Shown here one piece after another: positions 1 to 10,663 of a stretch of DNA of 64,000 nt (position 1 is its first letter; every line of letters starts with the position of its first letter). The translations under genes and the position numbers were made by a program. The stretch spans positions 5,216,001 through 5,280,000 of the forward strand of contig OY761158.1 in assembly GCA_963664405.1 (NCBI GenBank), read 5' to 3'. Origin of the DNA: Thermoanaerobaculia bacterium. Lineage in GTDB: Bacteria; Acidobacteriota; Thermoanaerobaculia; Multivoradales; Multivoraceae. The notes beneath the pieces were generated by a model. The model searched no databases. It was not told the DNA's origin and worked only from the letters and a program-made list of their open reading frames with translations.

Positions 1-205
1 GGCGAGAGCTGGAGGTCCTGGGGGTCACTTCTCGGCGGCTCGACAGCAGGATTAGAGTGCGCGGGCCTGGCGGCAGGTGGGTCGCGAGAGTGCTTGGGGG
101 CGTGCGCGGCAGCGGGGCCCCCCGGGAGTCCCCGGAGGGGGGCCAGAGGAGTCGAGGGTTCCCCGGGAGCGTCAGGCGCTCTTTGTGTCGGCAGGGATGG
201 GTGTC

Positions 206-676
206 TCAGACAGGCTCATAGACCAGCTCGGGGGCTGGGGGTGAGTGAGCGAGGGGCTAGCCGCTGTGCGGCCAGGAGAGCATGTTGTTCACCGTGTCAG
301 CGTCGATCCTTCCCTTCTCGAACAGCATCCTGAGCACCTCGGCTCGGAAGAGGCGCTCCACCTTCTGGGCGTCGAAGTAGAGAAGGTGTCGAAAGGTCCC
401 GTCAGGGAGCCAGGCGCAACTCGCCAGCTCTCCGAGCAGCTCTTCACCGGCCCACTCAGCCCACTTGAGGGGGGCGAAGCCCTGTTCGAGCAGGCCGCAG
501 TCCAAGTACCGGTACACCACCCTTGCGACCACGCTGCGCAGGTAGCCGAAGGTCGGCTCGAAACGATCTTCGTAGACCTGGAGGAAGCGCTCGAAGTGGT
601 GTGTCAAGGCGCGGTACGCCACGCTCCGCTCCGGCCGCCGCCGGCGATAGACCTGGCTGTGAGCCGCCTCTGCCAT
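206..676 (-). pseudogene. IS91-like (Y2/HUH) transposase remnant with internal deletions
   Basis: N-terminus YRRRRPERSV...YLDCGLLEQGFA matches the IS91-type zinc-binding-domain start. It jumps directly to a later segment (LFRAEVLRML..GRI..MLSWPHSG) and stops at 257. A short PAPELVYEPV* tail lies at 206-240. Zn-binding Cys clusters and the HUH motif are absent. Confidence 0.7.
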
Positions 677-1122
677 TGCCTCCCGTCGAAGACAAGAGAC
701 GGAAAGCGGCGCTCAGATCTGGCACCGATCGCACCTAATGCTCTTCCGCCCCGAGCTCGGCTTCCGCTCGAACCTCGCTGGGGAACGACCGTGGGCGGCA
801 GGTCGGTGACCGGTTGCGAGGCGTGACGAGCGCTCCGCCGACGAGTACGCCACGCGCTGGTAGGTATAGTTGTGGGCTCCCGGCTCGATGGCAAGGGCCA
901 CGGGCGCAAGTGAGGCGGCCCCTGCGAGCAGTGATTGCACGAGCAGGTGGGGTGGTAGGAGAGCGCTCTGCCAGAGGTCGCTCGCGAGAAGCCTCGCTCT
1001 CGGTGCCACCCGAAGAAAATTGGCTTGTTGTGCACTTTTCTCCTCGCCTGCGGACCCTACGCCTTGCGCCTCGTGTTTGCGGACTCCGTGGGTGGAGCCC
1101 CCGCGAGCGCTCGAGAAAGCGC

Positions 1123-1248
1123 CTAGCCGATCCCCTGGATATCGTCGAGCTCGAGGCTTCGGTCGAGTATGTCTGGCTCGAGCCCATAGACCCGGAACAG
1201 CAGGAAGAACTGTCGCTCAAGGTCGGTGGGAAGCGCGCTGAGGCGCGA
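1123..1248 (-). pseudogene. C-terminal remnant of a DUF1214/DUF1254-like gene
   Basis: Translation ...PTDLERQFFLLFRVYGLEPDILDRSLELDDIQGIG* resembles the F-x-L-x-F-R-x-Y-G-P...L-x-D-I tail of DUF1214 proteins. There is no start codon or N-terminal part before the AKR stop. Confidence 0.4.
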
Positions 1249-1252
1249 AGGC

Positions 1253-2287
1253 TTAGGAAGAGCCGATCGATAGCAGGTTCTGCACTGGGCGGTAGAGCTC
1301 TTCGAGATAGACGACGTCCGCTTCGTCGAGGACGATCTCGGCCGCAGCGACCAGCTGCTCGAGCTGCTCGATCTTGGACACTCCCACCACCGGGGCGTGG
1401 ATCTCTGGCTTGTTGAGCAGCCAGGCGACCGCGATCTGAGCCGAAGACCTACCGTACTTTTCAGCCACCTCGACCACGCGGGCGGCGATCGCGAAATCGT
1501 TCTCACCCTTGTATAGACTCTCGGTGCGTTTGCGATCGCCACCTTTTGAGCGATCGGTGGAGCCGGCGTCGAAGCCGCCCTTGTAGGAGCCGGTCAGGAT
1601 GCCTCGGGCGAGCGGCGACCACGGAGTCAGCGCCACGCCGCTCTTGGCGCAGTAGGGATTCATCTCCCTCTCTTCCTCGCGGTAAATGAGGTTGTAGTGA
1701 TTCTGCATCGAGACGAACTGGGTCCACCCGTTCATCTGGGCCGTCATCTGCAGCTCGGCGAACTGCCAGGCGAACATCGAGGATCCGCCGAGGTAGAGAA
1801 CCTTGCCGGCCTTGACCACGTCGTGGAGGGCCTCCATGGTCTCTTCGATCGGCGCCTGCACCTGGCCGCGCGGAATGCCGTGAGGATGGCGGTGGATGAC
1901 GAGTTGGTCGATGTAGTCATGGCCAAGGCGCTGGAGAGACCGGTCGACGCCTTCGATGATGTGCTTGCGCGAGAGTCCACCGTGGTTGGCGGCCGGTCCC
2001 ATCGGCATCGCCACCTTGGTTGCGAGCACGTACTCATCGCGGGGTAAGAGCTCGTTGAGCAACTTCCCGACCACTCTCTCGCACGCGCCGACGCCGTAGA
2101 TGTCGGCACAGTCGAAATAGAAGAGTCCGTGCTCGATGGCGGCCTTGAAGATCGGCCGAGCCTGGTCGAGGTCGAGGGTCCAGTCGCCTTGGTGCCCTGT
2201 CCCCGGCTCTCCGAAGTTCATGGTGCCTAAACAGAGCTCCGATACGCGCAGGCCGCAGTTGTTTCCGAGTTGTACGGCTTTGAGCAT
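1253..2287 (-). CDS. Aldo/keto reductase (YajO/aryl-alcohol dehydrogenase-like)
   Basis: LGxxGLRVSELCLGTMNFG, FDCADIYG, ATK, QNHYNL and PWSPLARG motifs. Start trimmed to the ATG at 2287. Confidence 0.9.
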   Translation of the reverse strand: MLKAVQLGNNCGLRVSELCLGTMNFGEPGTGHQGDWTLDLDQARPIFKAAIEHGLFYFDCADIYGVGACERVVGKLLNELLPRDEYVLATKVAMPMGPAANHGGLSRKHIIEGVDRSLQRLGHDYIDQLVIHRHPHGIPRGQVQAPIEETMEALHDVVKAGKVLYLGGSSMFAWQFAELQMTAQMNGWTQFVSMQNHYNLIYREEEREMNPYCAKSGVALTPWSPLARGILTGSYKGGFDAGSTDRSKGGDRKRTESLYKGENDFAIAARVVEVAEKYGRSSAQIAVAWLLNKPEIHAPVVGVSKIEQLEQLVAAAEIVLDEADVVYLEELYRPVQNLLSIGSS

Positions 2288-2363
2288 GATTGAAGCTATG
2301 ACCTCCGAAGACGATGTGAGTGCTGATTCCCTGCAGGGCAACAGTATCGAATGTTGCTGCGAT

Positions 2364-3356
2364 CTATGACGCGGCGCTAGCCCCCACTTGGGCGGCAATC
2401 TCGAAGGAGCGCAGCCGTGCACCATGATCAAAGATCGAGGAGACTACGATGAGCTCGTCGGCTCCGGTCTTGGCGACAAAGGCTTCGAGCCCGCGGCGGA
2501 CGGTCTCCGGCCCGCCCACGGCCGAGCAGGACGCGACTTCGTCGAGCATGCGGCGCTCGGCCGACGAAAGCGTGGCCTCGAAGCCGGCCAGCGGAGGGGG
2601 TAGCTGACCTGGTGTCCCGCGCCGGAGTCGGACGAAGGACTGCTGTGCGGAGGTCCGCAGCAGCTGCGCCTCCTCGTCTGTATCTGCGGCGCAGACATTG
2701 AACCCCAGCATTACGAACGGTTGGTCGAGCTGATCCGAGGGCTCGAAGCGGCTGCGATAGATCTCGATGGCCTGCATCATCGCGGCAGGAGCAAAATGCG
2801 AAGCGAAGGCATAGGGGAGCCCGAGTGCGGCGGCGAGCTGAGCGCCGTAGAGGCTGGAGCCCAGGATCCATAGCGGCACCTCCAGACCCGCACCGGGTAC
2901 GGCTCGCACTCGCTGGCTTGGCGTGGCCTCTAGGAAGTAATCCCGCACTTCGACGACGTCGCGAGGAAAGTCGTCGACGTTACCGGCAAGGTTGCGGCGC
3001 AACGCGTAGGCGGTGTACTGGTCGGTGCCTGGCGCTCGGCCCAGGCCGAGGTCGATGCGACCCGGGAAGAGTGACGCCAGTGTTCCGAACTGCTCGGCGA
3101 TCACTAGTGGAGCGTGGTTCGGCAGCATGACGCCGCCCGAGCCCACGCGGATCGTCGAAGTACCGCCGGCGACGTGGCCGATGACGACCGCGGTCGCCGC
3201 GCTGGCGATTCCCTTCATATTGTGATGCTCGGCCACCCAGAAACGCTGATAGCCCCAGCGCTCCGCATGTTGCGCCAGGTCGAGTGTGTTGCTCAGCGCC
3301 GTCGCGGCGGTGCTGCCCTCGGTGATGGGCGAGAGGTCGAGAACGGAAAGCCTCAT
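2364..3356 (-). CDS. LLM-class flavin-dependent oxidoreductase (luciferase family, YhbW-like)
   Basis: [29 protein letters not shown] and [12 protein letters not shown] motifs. Confidence 0.9.
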   Translation of the reverse strand: MRLSVLDLSPITEGSTAATALSNTLDLAQHAERWGYQRFWVAEHHNMKGIASAATAVVIGHVAGGTSTIRVGSGGVMLPNHAPLVIAEQFGTLASLFPGRIDLGLGRAPGTDQYTAYALRRNLAGNVDDFPRDVVEVRDYFLEATPSQRVRAVPGAGLEVPLWILGSSLYGAQLAAALGLPYAFASHFAPAAMMQAIEIYRSRFEPSDQLDQPFVMLGFNVCAADTDEEAQLLRTSAQQSFVRLRRGTPGQLPPPLAGFEATLSSAERRMLDEVASCSAVGGPETVRRGLEAFVAKTGADELIVVSSIFDHGARLRSFEIAAQVGASAAS

Positions 3357-3413
3357 ACGGCGCGAAGTGTACTCCGGGTCGAAGGAACGATCCGGGAGAG
3401 AATCGATCCGAGG

Positions 3414-4250
3414 CTACGTCTTCCGAGCCGCGACGAGACAGCTTGACCCGGAGTGCATTACGAGCCCTTGCTGGATGCGATCGACTTCTTTGTCCAGAGA
3501 CCATTGCAGGAATCGCCCTGTCCATCCCTTCCTCGGCCGGTGCTCACTCTGAGTAACCTTCGACGTTATGTGCCCGCGTAGGCCCAGCCGAGAAGGCAGG
3601 CTTCGTAGTAGAAGGATCGGGATCGGCATCAGTTTGAAGAAGTAGCTGGCGTATAAGACCTCGAAGCCGACTCTCTCGAGGAGGCTCCCCAGTCCCGAGA
3701 TCGTGTATCTCCTGAAGTGCCCCGCTTCGACGTCGTCCCGAGACCACAGCAGAGGCTGGGCCGGTACGGTGAGAAAGAGGGTGCCTTGGGGTGCCAGCAC
3801 TCCATGAACTTCGGTGAGAAAGGCGGCATCTTCTTCGATGTGCTCGACGACATCGAAGAGGCCCACTGCCGGAAGCGAACCGGGGCGGAAGCCGGCGGTC
3901 TCTAGTGTCGCTTCGACGACGTACTCGACTCCGCGGGAAGAAGCGTTGCGGGCGCCCGATGGGCCGGGCTCCACCACAACCGCGGCGTGCCCGCTGGTCT
4001 GAATGGCGAGCGCCACGAAGCCGTTGCCTGCACCGATGTCGAAGATCGGGTCGGTGCTCTCCGGCGGGTGGCGTCGGATCAGCTCGACGATGCAGCGGTT
4101 GCGATGCAGAAACCAGAAAGACTCTTCTTCGACCTGGAAGCAGATCTCGTTCCCGTGCTCGGGGTAGGAGACCGGCGCTCGAGTCGCGGCACGCCAGACT
4201 CCATCGTCGCCCCTGCTGAGAGTCGAGCTGTAACGCCGCAGGTCGACCAT
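3414..4250 (-). CDS. Class I SAM-dependent methyltransferase
   Basis: FDIGAGNG motif I, FDVVEHI, and LTVPA...WS..D..AGHFRRY. Confidence 0.85.
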   Translation of the reverse strand: MVDLRRYSSTLSRGDDGVWRAATRAPVSYPEHGNEICFQVEEESFWFLHRNRCIVELIRRHPPESTDPIFDIGAGNGFVALAIQTSGHAAVVVEPGPSGARNASSRGVEYVVEATLETAGFRPGSLPAVGLFDVVEHIEEDAAFLTEVHGVLAPQGTLFLTVPAQPLLWSRDDVEAGHFRRYTISGLGSLLERVGFEVLYASYFFKLMPIPILLLRSLPSRLGLRGHITSKVTQSEHRPRKGWTGRFLQWSLDKEVDRIQQGLVMHSGSSCLVAARKT

Positions 4251-4253
4251 GAT

Positions 4254-5345
4254 TCAGGCGAGCACGTTGGTGCCTGCGCGTTTGCGGTCGAGAGTTGTGT
4301 CCGAGGTCGGGTCTTTGCTGACCGCGACCAGAGTCTTACCGAAGTTGCCTCCCTCGAGCATGGCTCGAAACGCTCGTGGCGCCTCCCCGAGTCCTCGGCA
4401 AAGATCCTCGCGGTATCGAATACGTCCGTCTCGAATCCACTCAGCCATCTCGCTGAGAAAGCGAGCCTGGTGATCCTCGACGAAGTTTCGCACCCACAGG
4501 TCGTGGACTTCGACGGACTGTCTCTCAAAGGTGGTCTGGCCCGTCTTCCTCCAGCTGTCTCTCGGGTCCTTGCCGTCGGTGTTGCTGTACTGAGAGATCA
4601 GCCCGCACAGAGTAATTCGGGAGCCTCGGTTCAAGAGAGGTAGAACGCCTTCGAAGACGAGGCCGCCGACACTTTCGAAGTAGACATCGACTCCATCGGG
4701 ACAGGCTGCGAGCAAGTCTTCGTTGAACGAGGGGGAGAGGTGAGAGACGCAGGCGTCGAAGCCGAGCTCTTCCCTGACGAAGTCGCACTTCTCCTGCTTT
4801 CCGGCCACGCCGACGACGCGGCAGCCGTGGATCGCGGCGATCTGCCCCGCGACCTGACCGACCCCGCCGGAAGCTGCGGAGATGACGACGGTCTCGCCCG
4901 GGCGCGGCCGACACTGCAGGTAGAGGCCTCCATAGGCGGTGAGGCCCAGCATTCCGAGCACGCCCAGCGCGGTGGAGATCGGCGCCAGCCCTGGATCGAG
5001 CTTGCGTGGAAACATGTAAGTGAAAACGTCGATGCCTTCCCCGGTGAGCCCGTAGGTCTGCCAGCCGTTGGTGTTGAAGAGATAGTCGCCGGGCTGGTAC
5101 TCGTCGACTCTACTTTCGACCACCTGAGCCACAGTTCGGCCGTGACAGATCTCACCGACAGCTTCAAGAGCACTGCGTCGCCGCCCCCACTGATAGGGAT
5201 CCAAAGACAGGTAGAGAGTCCTGGTCAGGATCTGGCCCACTTCGGGCGAAGGAGCGTCCGCCTCCTCCCAGAGGAGGTCCTCAGCGACCGGTAGCCCGCC
5301 AGGGGGTCTGCGGGCGAGCTTCCACATCAAGTTACGATCGGCCAT
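4254..5345 (-). CDS. NADP-dependent oxidoreductase (CurA/YncB, prostaglandin reductase-like MDR)
   Basis: YLSLDPY, LGMxGLTAY, SAASGGVG, GVDVYFExVGG and GGNFGK motifs. Confidence 0.9.
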   Translation of the reverse strand: MADRNLMWKLARRPPGGLPVAEDLLWEEADAPSPEVGQILTRTLYLSLDPYQWGRRRSALEAVGEICHGRTVAQVVESRVDEYQPGDYLFNTNGWQTYGLTGEGIDVFTYMFPRKLDPGLAPISTALGVLGMLGLTAYGGLYLQCRPRPGETVVISAASGGVGQVAGQIAAIHGCRVVGVAGKQEKCDFVREELGFDACVSHLSPSFNEDLLAACPDGVDVYFESVGGLVFEGVLPLLNRGSRITLCGLISQYSNTDGKDPRDSWRKTGQTTFERQSVEVHDLWVRNFVEDHQARFLSEMAEWIRDGRIRYREDLCRGLGEAPRAFRAMLEGGNFGKTLVAVSKDPTSDTTLDRKRAGTNVLA

Positions 5346-5486
5346 GGCTTAGTCTAGCCTCAGGAAGCGAATCGGCGTGATTGCGCTGATACTCTGGGCG
5401 TCTTGGACGCTCCGACTGTGCATCCTTTCGATGAGACGTCTTGAAGTTATGAGGCGTCCTAGCTGAGAACTAGAGGAGAACCGTGC

Positions 5487-6512
5487 ATGCAATCGCGATC
5501 AATTTCTTTCCTCCAGGGTGGCGTACTTCCTTTCGCTTTCTTGCTGCTCTTGTGCTCGCTGAGCTTGGGAGCGCAAGTCACTGGCGGCGGTCAGGGAGCG
5601 GTTGAACGACTCGACCCGGCGCTCGACGCCCTGATCGACCTCAGTGCGACGATCGAGAAAGTCGGCGGCGGCTTTGGCTTCGTCGAAGGACCGGCTTGGG
5701 TCCCGAGCGCGGATGGGTCCTATCTCCTGTTCAGCGACATTCCCGAAAACAAGGTTCGTCGTCTGGATGCCGATGGGACGCTTTCCGTCGCTCTAGACCC
5801 TGTCACTCCGCCAGACTCACCCGCCGGCGGCACCGGTGGCTCGAATGGTCTGGCGCTCGACCTCGAAGGCCGGGTGATCCTCTGCGAGCATGGCAATCGA
5901 CGGATCGCGCGCCTGGAGTCGGACGGAACCCGGACCACCCTGGCGGACCGTTACGAAGGAAAGAGGCTCAACAGCCCCAACGACATCGTTTTTCACAGTA
6001 GTGGCTCCGCCTACTTCACCGATCCGACCTACGGGGTGCCCGACAAGAGCCTCAGGGAAGTCGAGTGGGCCGGCATCTATCGTCTGTCGAAGGACGGCAA
6101 GGTCGAGTTGCTCGACAAGGGCCTCGCGAACCCCAACGGGATCGGTCTCTCGCCCGACGAGAAGACCCTCTATGTCGCCAACTCACACCCTGTTCGCCGC
6201 ATCTGGATGGCCTACCCGATCGAGGCCGATGGTTCGACGGGGCAAGGACGCGTGCATTTCGACGGCAGCTCGATCAAGGCCCAGGGCGTGCCCGACGGTT
6301 TTGCCGTCGACGAGAAGGGGAATATCTGGGCCAGCGGACCTGGCGGCATCGTGGTGATCGACCCCACCGGAAAGCACATTGGCACGGTCAAGGTGCCCGA
6401 GCAGCCTGCAAACGCCGGCTTTGGTGACGACGGCAGGACGCTGTACATGACCGCCAGAACCGGGCTGTATCGGGTGAAGTTGAAGGTCAAAGGGCTCCGG
6501 TTTCGAGAATAG
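5487..6512 (+). CDS. SMP-30/gluconolactonase family exported protein
   Basis: Signal peptide, EGPAW, LFSDIP, NSPND, NPNGIGLSPD and PDG..VDxxGN. RBS AGGAG upstream. Confidence 0.9.
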   Translation: MQSRSISFLQGGVLPFAFLLLLCSLSLGAQVTGGGQGAVERLDPALDALIDLSATIEKVGGGFGFVEGPAWVPSADGSYLLFSDIPENKVRRLDADGTLSVALDPVTPPDSPAGGTGGSNGLALDLEGRVILCEHGNRRIARLESDGTRTTLADRYEGKRLNSPNDIVFHSSGSAYFTDPTYGVPDKSLREVEWAGIYRLSKDGKVELLDKGLANPNGIGLSPDEKTLYVANSHPVRRIWMAYPIEADGSTGQGRVHFDGSSIKAQGVPDGFAVDEKGNIWASGPGGIVVIDPTGKHIGTVKVPEQPANAGFGDDGRTLYMTARTGLYRVKLKVKGLRFRE

Positions 6513-6542
6513 ACGGTCGGCGGCCGAGGCGGAGCGGCGGGG

Positions 6543-6575
6543 TGGATGAGGGCTGGATGAGGGCTGGATGAGGGG
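6543..6575 (+). repeat. 11-bp tandem repeat (TGGATGAGGGC)x3 in the RBS region
   Basis: Directly visible; the third copy ends GGGG, 7 nt before the ATG at 6583. Confidence 0.85.
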
Positions 6576-6582
6576 AACAGCT

Positions 6583-7647
6583 ATGCGTTCTACGATGATG
6601 ACGGCGGCCTTGGTGGGGTTTGCGCTGACTTCCTCTGGAGGGGCGGCCGAGAGCGACGACACCGTCGAGTGGAGGCACTACGGAGGCAGCCGCGCCAGCA
6701 CCAAGTACTCTCCAGCGGATCAGATCGACGCTTCCAAGCTTGCAGAGCTGGCGGTCGCCTGGAGATGGCAGAGCAAGGACGACCAGATCGAGGCCGAGGT
6801 TCCGGCGTTGATTCTGCGCGCGACGCCCCTGGTGGTCGGAGGTCGGCTGTTCGTCATCAGCGCCTACAACGTCATCAGCGCGCTGGACCCGGCCACCGGA
6901 GAGGAGCTCTGAAGCTTCGATCCGAAGGCTTACGAGCGCGGCAGAGTGCCCCACCGCGGCTATAACAGCCGCGGAGTGGAGTATTGGACCGACGGCAGCG
7001 TAGAGCGCATCTTCGCTGGGACCACCTCGTTGCAGCTTGTTTCACTCGATGCGAAGACCGGCCGGCCCGCCTCGGGCTTCGGGGTGGACGGCATTGTCGA
7101 TATGCGAGAGGGACTCGGCCGAGAATTCGATGTGCGCCAGATCGGAATGAACGCGCCGCCGGTGGCCTGCGGGGCGACGGTGGTGACTGGCTCGGTCATC
7201 AATGACTTCGGCACCACGCAGCGGATGCCGCCCGGCCACGTGCGCGGATGGGATGCGCGCACCGGCGCTATGAAGTGGATCTTCCACACCATCCCACAGG
7301 AGGGCGAAGTCGCGGTCGAGACCTGGGAGGGAGAGTCCTGGCGTTACAGCGGCAACACCAACGTCTGGACGATGATGAGCTGCGACGATGAGCGCGGCAT
7401 CGTCTACCTCCAGACCAGCACGCCCCGCGACGATCACTATGGTGGCCACCGCCTCGGCGACAATCTGTTCGCCGAGAGCCTGGTTGCGGTGGACGCGGAC
7501 TCTGGAGAGCGTCTGTGGCACTTCCAGGGCGTGCATCACGGACTCTGGGATTACGACTTCCCGGCGGCGCCGAATCTGGTCGACATCACCGTCGACGGCA
7601 AGTCGATCGCGGCGGTTGCGCAAGTCTCGAAGCAGGGCTTGGTTTAG
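6583..7647 (+). pseudogene. PQQ-dependent (quinoprotein glucose-type) dehydrogenase with nonsense codon and 3' truncation
   Basis: WRHYGG...KYSP.DQI, ATPLVVGG, then EEL-TGA-SFDP (TGA at 6910-6912 where Trp is expected). The frame continues through HHGLWDYDFPAAP and ends abruptly at VSKQGLV*, about half the normal length. Confidence 0.8.
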
Positions 7648-8528
7648 TTTGGCTGACTCGGGGCGGTCGCGCTGCCGACGAGAACCACGGTGCCGTCGTC
7701 TTTCTCCACCCAGACCGCTGCTTGGTCGCGTCCCGCGGGTGACTCGCCGGCGGCCGTCAAGACTCCGTTGGCCGAGATGCGGTCCCCGGGCCAAACGATA
7801 TTGGTGAATTTGACGTCGATCTCGCCTCCTTGCCACCAGCTGGCACCGAAGTGCCGTTGCAGCATCTCCGTCACCAGCGACAGCGTCATCCGGCCGCCGA
7901 CAACGACATCGCTGAAGCCGAGCTCTTCCGCACTCGATCGAGAGGTGTGGTAGTTGGCCTTGCCGTGAAAGAAGAGGCCACACATCTCCAGCGAGATCGT
8001 TCGCGCCAGCCCCTCGATCGCCTTGCCCTCTGGGCGGCGATAGCGCCGGCACCCCTCCTTCTTCTGCGGCGAGCGTAGGTCGACGCTGCCGGTGCTCTGC
8101 TCCACGAGGAAGCTCTGGTGGTGCCTCCCGGTGGCCGCGATCGCTCCGGCGGCGTTCTCGATGTTCACCTCGGCGAGGACTACGCTCCGCCCTCGGTAGT
8201 CGTAGATGTCTCGGACCTCCCCATCGATCTGATAACGCTCACCCAGGTGTAGGGGCTCGCGAAAGCTCCACTGCTGGCGGATCCAGAGATTGCCGAAGAC
8301 GTTGCGAAGGAAAAAACGACGGATAACCAAGTCCTCGGCCGTTCCGACCAGCATCGACGGCGCCACAGCTTGGTCGAAAGCCGAGTCGGAGGCCGATTCG
8401 GCCGGAGCCATGTCGAGGCCCTGGAAATAGGCCTCGATCCGGGTTTCGCTCACGTCGAACGAGACAGGCTCGATTGTGTCGCCGACCTCAGGGTCGCGGT
8501 CGGGGAGGGCAGGGGAGGAGGAAGTCAT
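7644..8528 (-). CDS. Double hot-dog fold MaoC-like dehydratase
   Basis: NYH....A..LGFSDVVVGG MaoC-type motif and KFTNIVWPGD. An N-terminal second hot-dog domain is apparent. Confidence 0.75.
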   Translation of the reverse strand: MTSSSPALPDRDPEVGDTIEPVSFDVSETRIEAYFQGLDMAPAESASDSAFDQAVAPSMLVGTAEDLVIRRFFLRNVFGNLWIRQQWSFREPLHLGERYQIDGEVRDIYDYRGRSVVLAEVNIENAAGAIAATGRHHQSFLVEQSTGSVDLRSPQKKEGCRRYRRPEGKAIEGLARTISLEMCGLFFHGKANYHTSRSSAEELGFSDVVVGGRMTLSLVTEMLQRHFGASWWQGGEIDVKFTNIVWPGDRISANGVLTAAGESPAGRDQAAVWVEKDDGTVVLVGSATAPSQPN

Positions 8529-8538
8529 TGGCTCTGCT

Positions 8539-9354
8539 CTAGCCCTTGTGGAACTCGGGGGTGCGCTTGGCCATGAACGCCGAGATGGCCTCCTTGGCCT
8601 CGCCGTTACCTGTGTTCCCGATCATGTGCTCCGCCTCGAGCACCAGACTCTCGCGCAGACTTTGCGCCATGCCTCGGTTCAGATTGACCTTCATCCGCCC
8701 GAGCGCGTTCGTCGGACCATTGGCGATGGCGGCGGCGTAAGCAAGGGCATCTTCGCGAAAGCTCTCGTGCGGGAAGACTTTGTTGAAGAGACCGAGGCTT
8801 GCTCCTTCTTCGGCGTTGACTCGATCAGCGGTGTAGAAGAGCTCCTTGGCCTTGGACAGGCCAATCAACCTTGGTAGAAACCAACTACTACCGTAATCGC
8901 CCGACAGCCCGATGTTGCGAAAGGCGGTCGTCACAAAGGCATGGCTCGAGGCGATGCGCAGATCGCATGCAAGTGCGATAGAAAGCCCAGCTCCCGCCGC
9001 GGCGCCGGGAAGAGCCGCGATGGTGACCTTTGCGAGCTCATGAATCCTCAGGGTGAGTGTCGCTTGCTTGTGGACGAGCTCGGCAATGGCGTCCCTTCTT
9101 GATTTGGGCGCCCCGCTGCTGCCGCCGCCCATGCCACTCACGTCACCACCCGAACAGAACGCATCGCCCGCTCCGGTGAGCATCACGCAGCCTACACGCT
9201 CATCTTCTTCGAGAGTCACGACGGTGCGGCGCAATGCCGGGGTCAGAATGTCGCCGAGCGCATTCTTCTTGTGCGGTTTGTTGAGGGTGATGACCCCAAC
9301 TCGGTTCTCGATGTGGCACAAGAGCTCATCGGTCCCCGTCTCTATTTCGATCAT
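8539..9354 (-). CDS. Enoyl-CoA hydratase/isomerase family protein
   Basis: ITLNKP, AFCSGGDV, GAAAGAGLSIALACD and AF..KRTP.F. Confidence 0.9.
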   Translation of the reverse strand: MIEIETGTDELLCHIENRVGVITLNKPHKKNALGDILTPALRRTVVTLEEDERVGCVMLTGAGDAFCSGGDVSGMGGGSSGAPKSRRDAIAELVHKQATLTLRIHELAKVTIAALPGAAAGAGLSIALACDLRIASSHAFVTTAFRNIGLSGDYGSSWFLPRLIGLSKAKELFYTADRVNAEEGASLGLFNKVFPHESFREDALAYAAAIANGPTNALGRMKVNLNRGMAQSLRESLVLEAEHMIGNTGNGEAKEAISAFMAKRTPEFHKG

Positions 9355-9360
9355 CGTGGC

Positions 9361-10503
9361 TCAGGCCTTGTTGGGAGTGACCAAGAACTTCTCGCCGGTT
9401 GCCTGCTTGCCGTAGACCGCGATTGCGTCCAGGTGCAGGACCTCTGCAAGAGAGACTTCTTTGGCGTAGGAGCTGGCGAAGGTCGTTTTGACCCCGGCCG
9501 CCACCCGCTGCCTCAGCTTCTGCGCCGCCTCGAAGCCGATCTTCTGCAGGAAGGGGGGCAGCAGCCAGCCGCCGACGCCCCAAGCCATCCCGAAGCCGCG
9601 AGTGAGCTCGGTCGGGCCGCGGTCGAGACCGCCATAGATATAGACCTGCTTGTGGACGGTGGAGCCATAGCGATTGAACTCCCCGGCGTTGGCGCTGGCT
9701 GCCGCTTCCATCGCAGTGAGGATCTGACTGGCCAGCTTGCCTCCGCCGGTGGCGTCGAAGGCAACGGTGGCGCCGGTGGCGGTGAGGGCAGCGATGAGGT
9801 CCTTCATGAAGGTGGGGGCGCTGGAGTTGCAAACATGGTTGGCGCCCAGCCCTCGAAGGAGGGTCTCCTGCTCTTCCTTGCGGACGATGTTGACCAGATC
9901 GACTTTGTCTTGAATGCAGATCTTGTTGAGCATCTGCCCCAGGTTGGAAGCCGCGGCGGTGTGAACCAGAGCCGTGTGGTCCTCCATGCGCATGGTCTCG
10001 ACCATGCCCAGCGCAGTGAGCGGGTTGACGAAGCAGGAGGCTCCTTCGGCCGGCGTCGTGCCTTCCGGCAGAACCAGGCACTGCTTGGCCTTGATAGCGC
10101 GGTACTGGGCATACATGGCTCCGCCGAGAATCGCCACGGTCTTGCCGATGAGCGACTGAGCGATCTCGGAGTCGCCAGCCCCGACCACTACGCCTGCTCC
10201 TTCGTTGCCGACGGGCAGCGACTGGTCGACGCGGGCGGCGACGCCTCTCATCAGGTTGCTTGGGACGCTGGCGGTGACCATAGGGCTCGCGGAGGTTCCC
10301 GATGCTGTCGCCGTGCTCATGTCGGCCGGCCCGAAGAGCAGACCGAGGTCAGAGGGATTGATCGGCGAGGCCTCGACCCGGACCAGGACCTCTTCTGGGC
10401 CGGGCTCGGGGATCGGCACGGTTGCCAGCGAGAGCTGGAGCTCGCCGTCTTGGGTTATCGTGGAGCGGAGCTGAAGTGCTTTGCCTGTTTCTTCTTTTCC
10501 CAT
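9361..10503 (-). CDS. Zinc-binding dehydrogenase family (MDR) oxidoreductase
   Basis: EASPINPSDL, GNEGAG, VNPLTALGM and HTAAASNLG. Start trimmed to the ATG at 10503. Confidence 0.85.
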   Translation of the reverse strand: MGKEETGKALQLRSTITQDGELQLSLATVPIPEPGPEEVLVRVEASPINPSDLGLLFGPADMSTATASGTSASPMVTASVPSNLMRGVAARVDQSLPVGNEGAGVVVGAGDSEIAQSLIGKTVAILGGAMYAQYRAIKAKQCLVLPEGTTPAEGASCFVNPLTALGMVETMRMEDHTALVHTAAASNLGQMLNKICIQDKVDLVNIVRKEEQETLLRGLGANHVCNSSAPTFMKDLIAALTATGATVAFDATGGGKLASQILTAMEAAASANAGEFNRYGSTVHKQVYIYGGLDRGPTELTRGFGMAWGVGGWLLPPFLQKIGFEAAQKLRQRVAAGVKTTFASSYAKEVSLAEVLHLDAIAVYGKQATGEKFLVTPNKA

Positions 10504-10663
10504 GTTTTTTCTATCCTCGTTGCTGCGGTAAGGGTAAGCAGGGAGAATAGCGCAGGTCAGGAGCTGACGACGTATTGTGAACGTAGCCCTATCGAAGCAA
10601 GTATGATCGAGTTTCGAAGCGAAGCTTGACTGTCTGGCGAATGAACAAGAGGAGATCTCTCTC

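Noticed and set aside
604-1220. Short ORFs between the IS91 remnant and the AKR gene
   Set aside because: Overlapping, Arg/Ser/Pro-rich translations with no family motifs or RBS; treated as non-coding element DNA.
6910-6912. In-frame TGA in the PQQ dehydrogenase as selenocysteine or as evidence for TGA=Trp recoding
   Set aside because: The position corresponds to Trp of the beta-propeller motif (ELW), not Cys. The gene is also truncated. Many intact genes here end in TGA and use TGG for Trp.
9271-10629. Long antisense ORFs (also 24569..26080, 28567..29853, 32728..33870 and the 5' part of 58765..60036)
   Set aside because: Shadow frames of well-supported genes, expected at high GC; no recognisable motifs.
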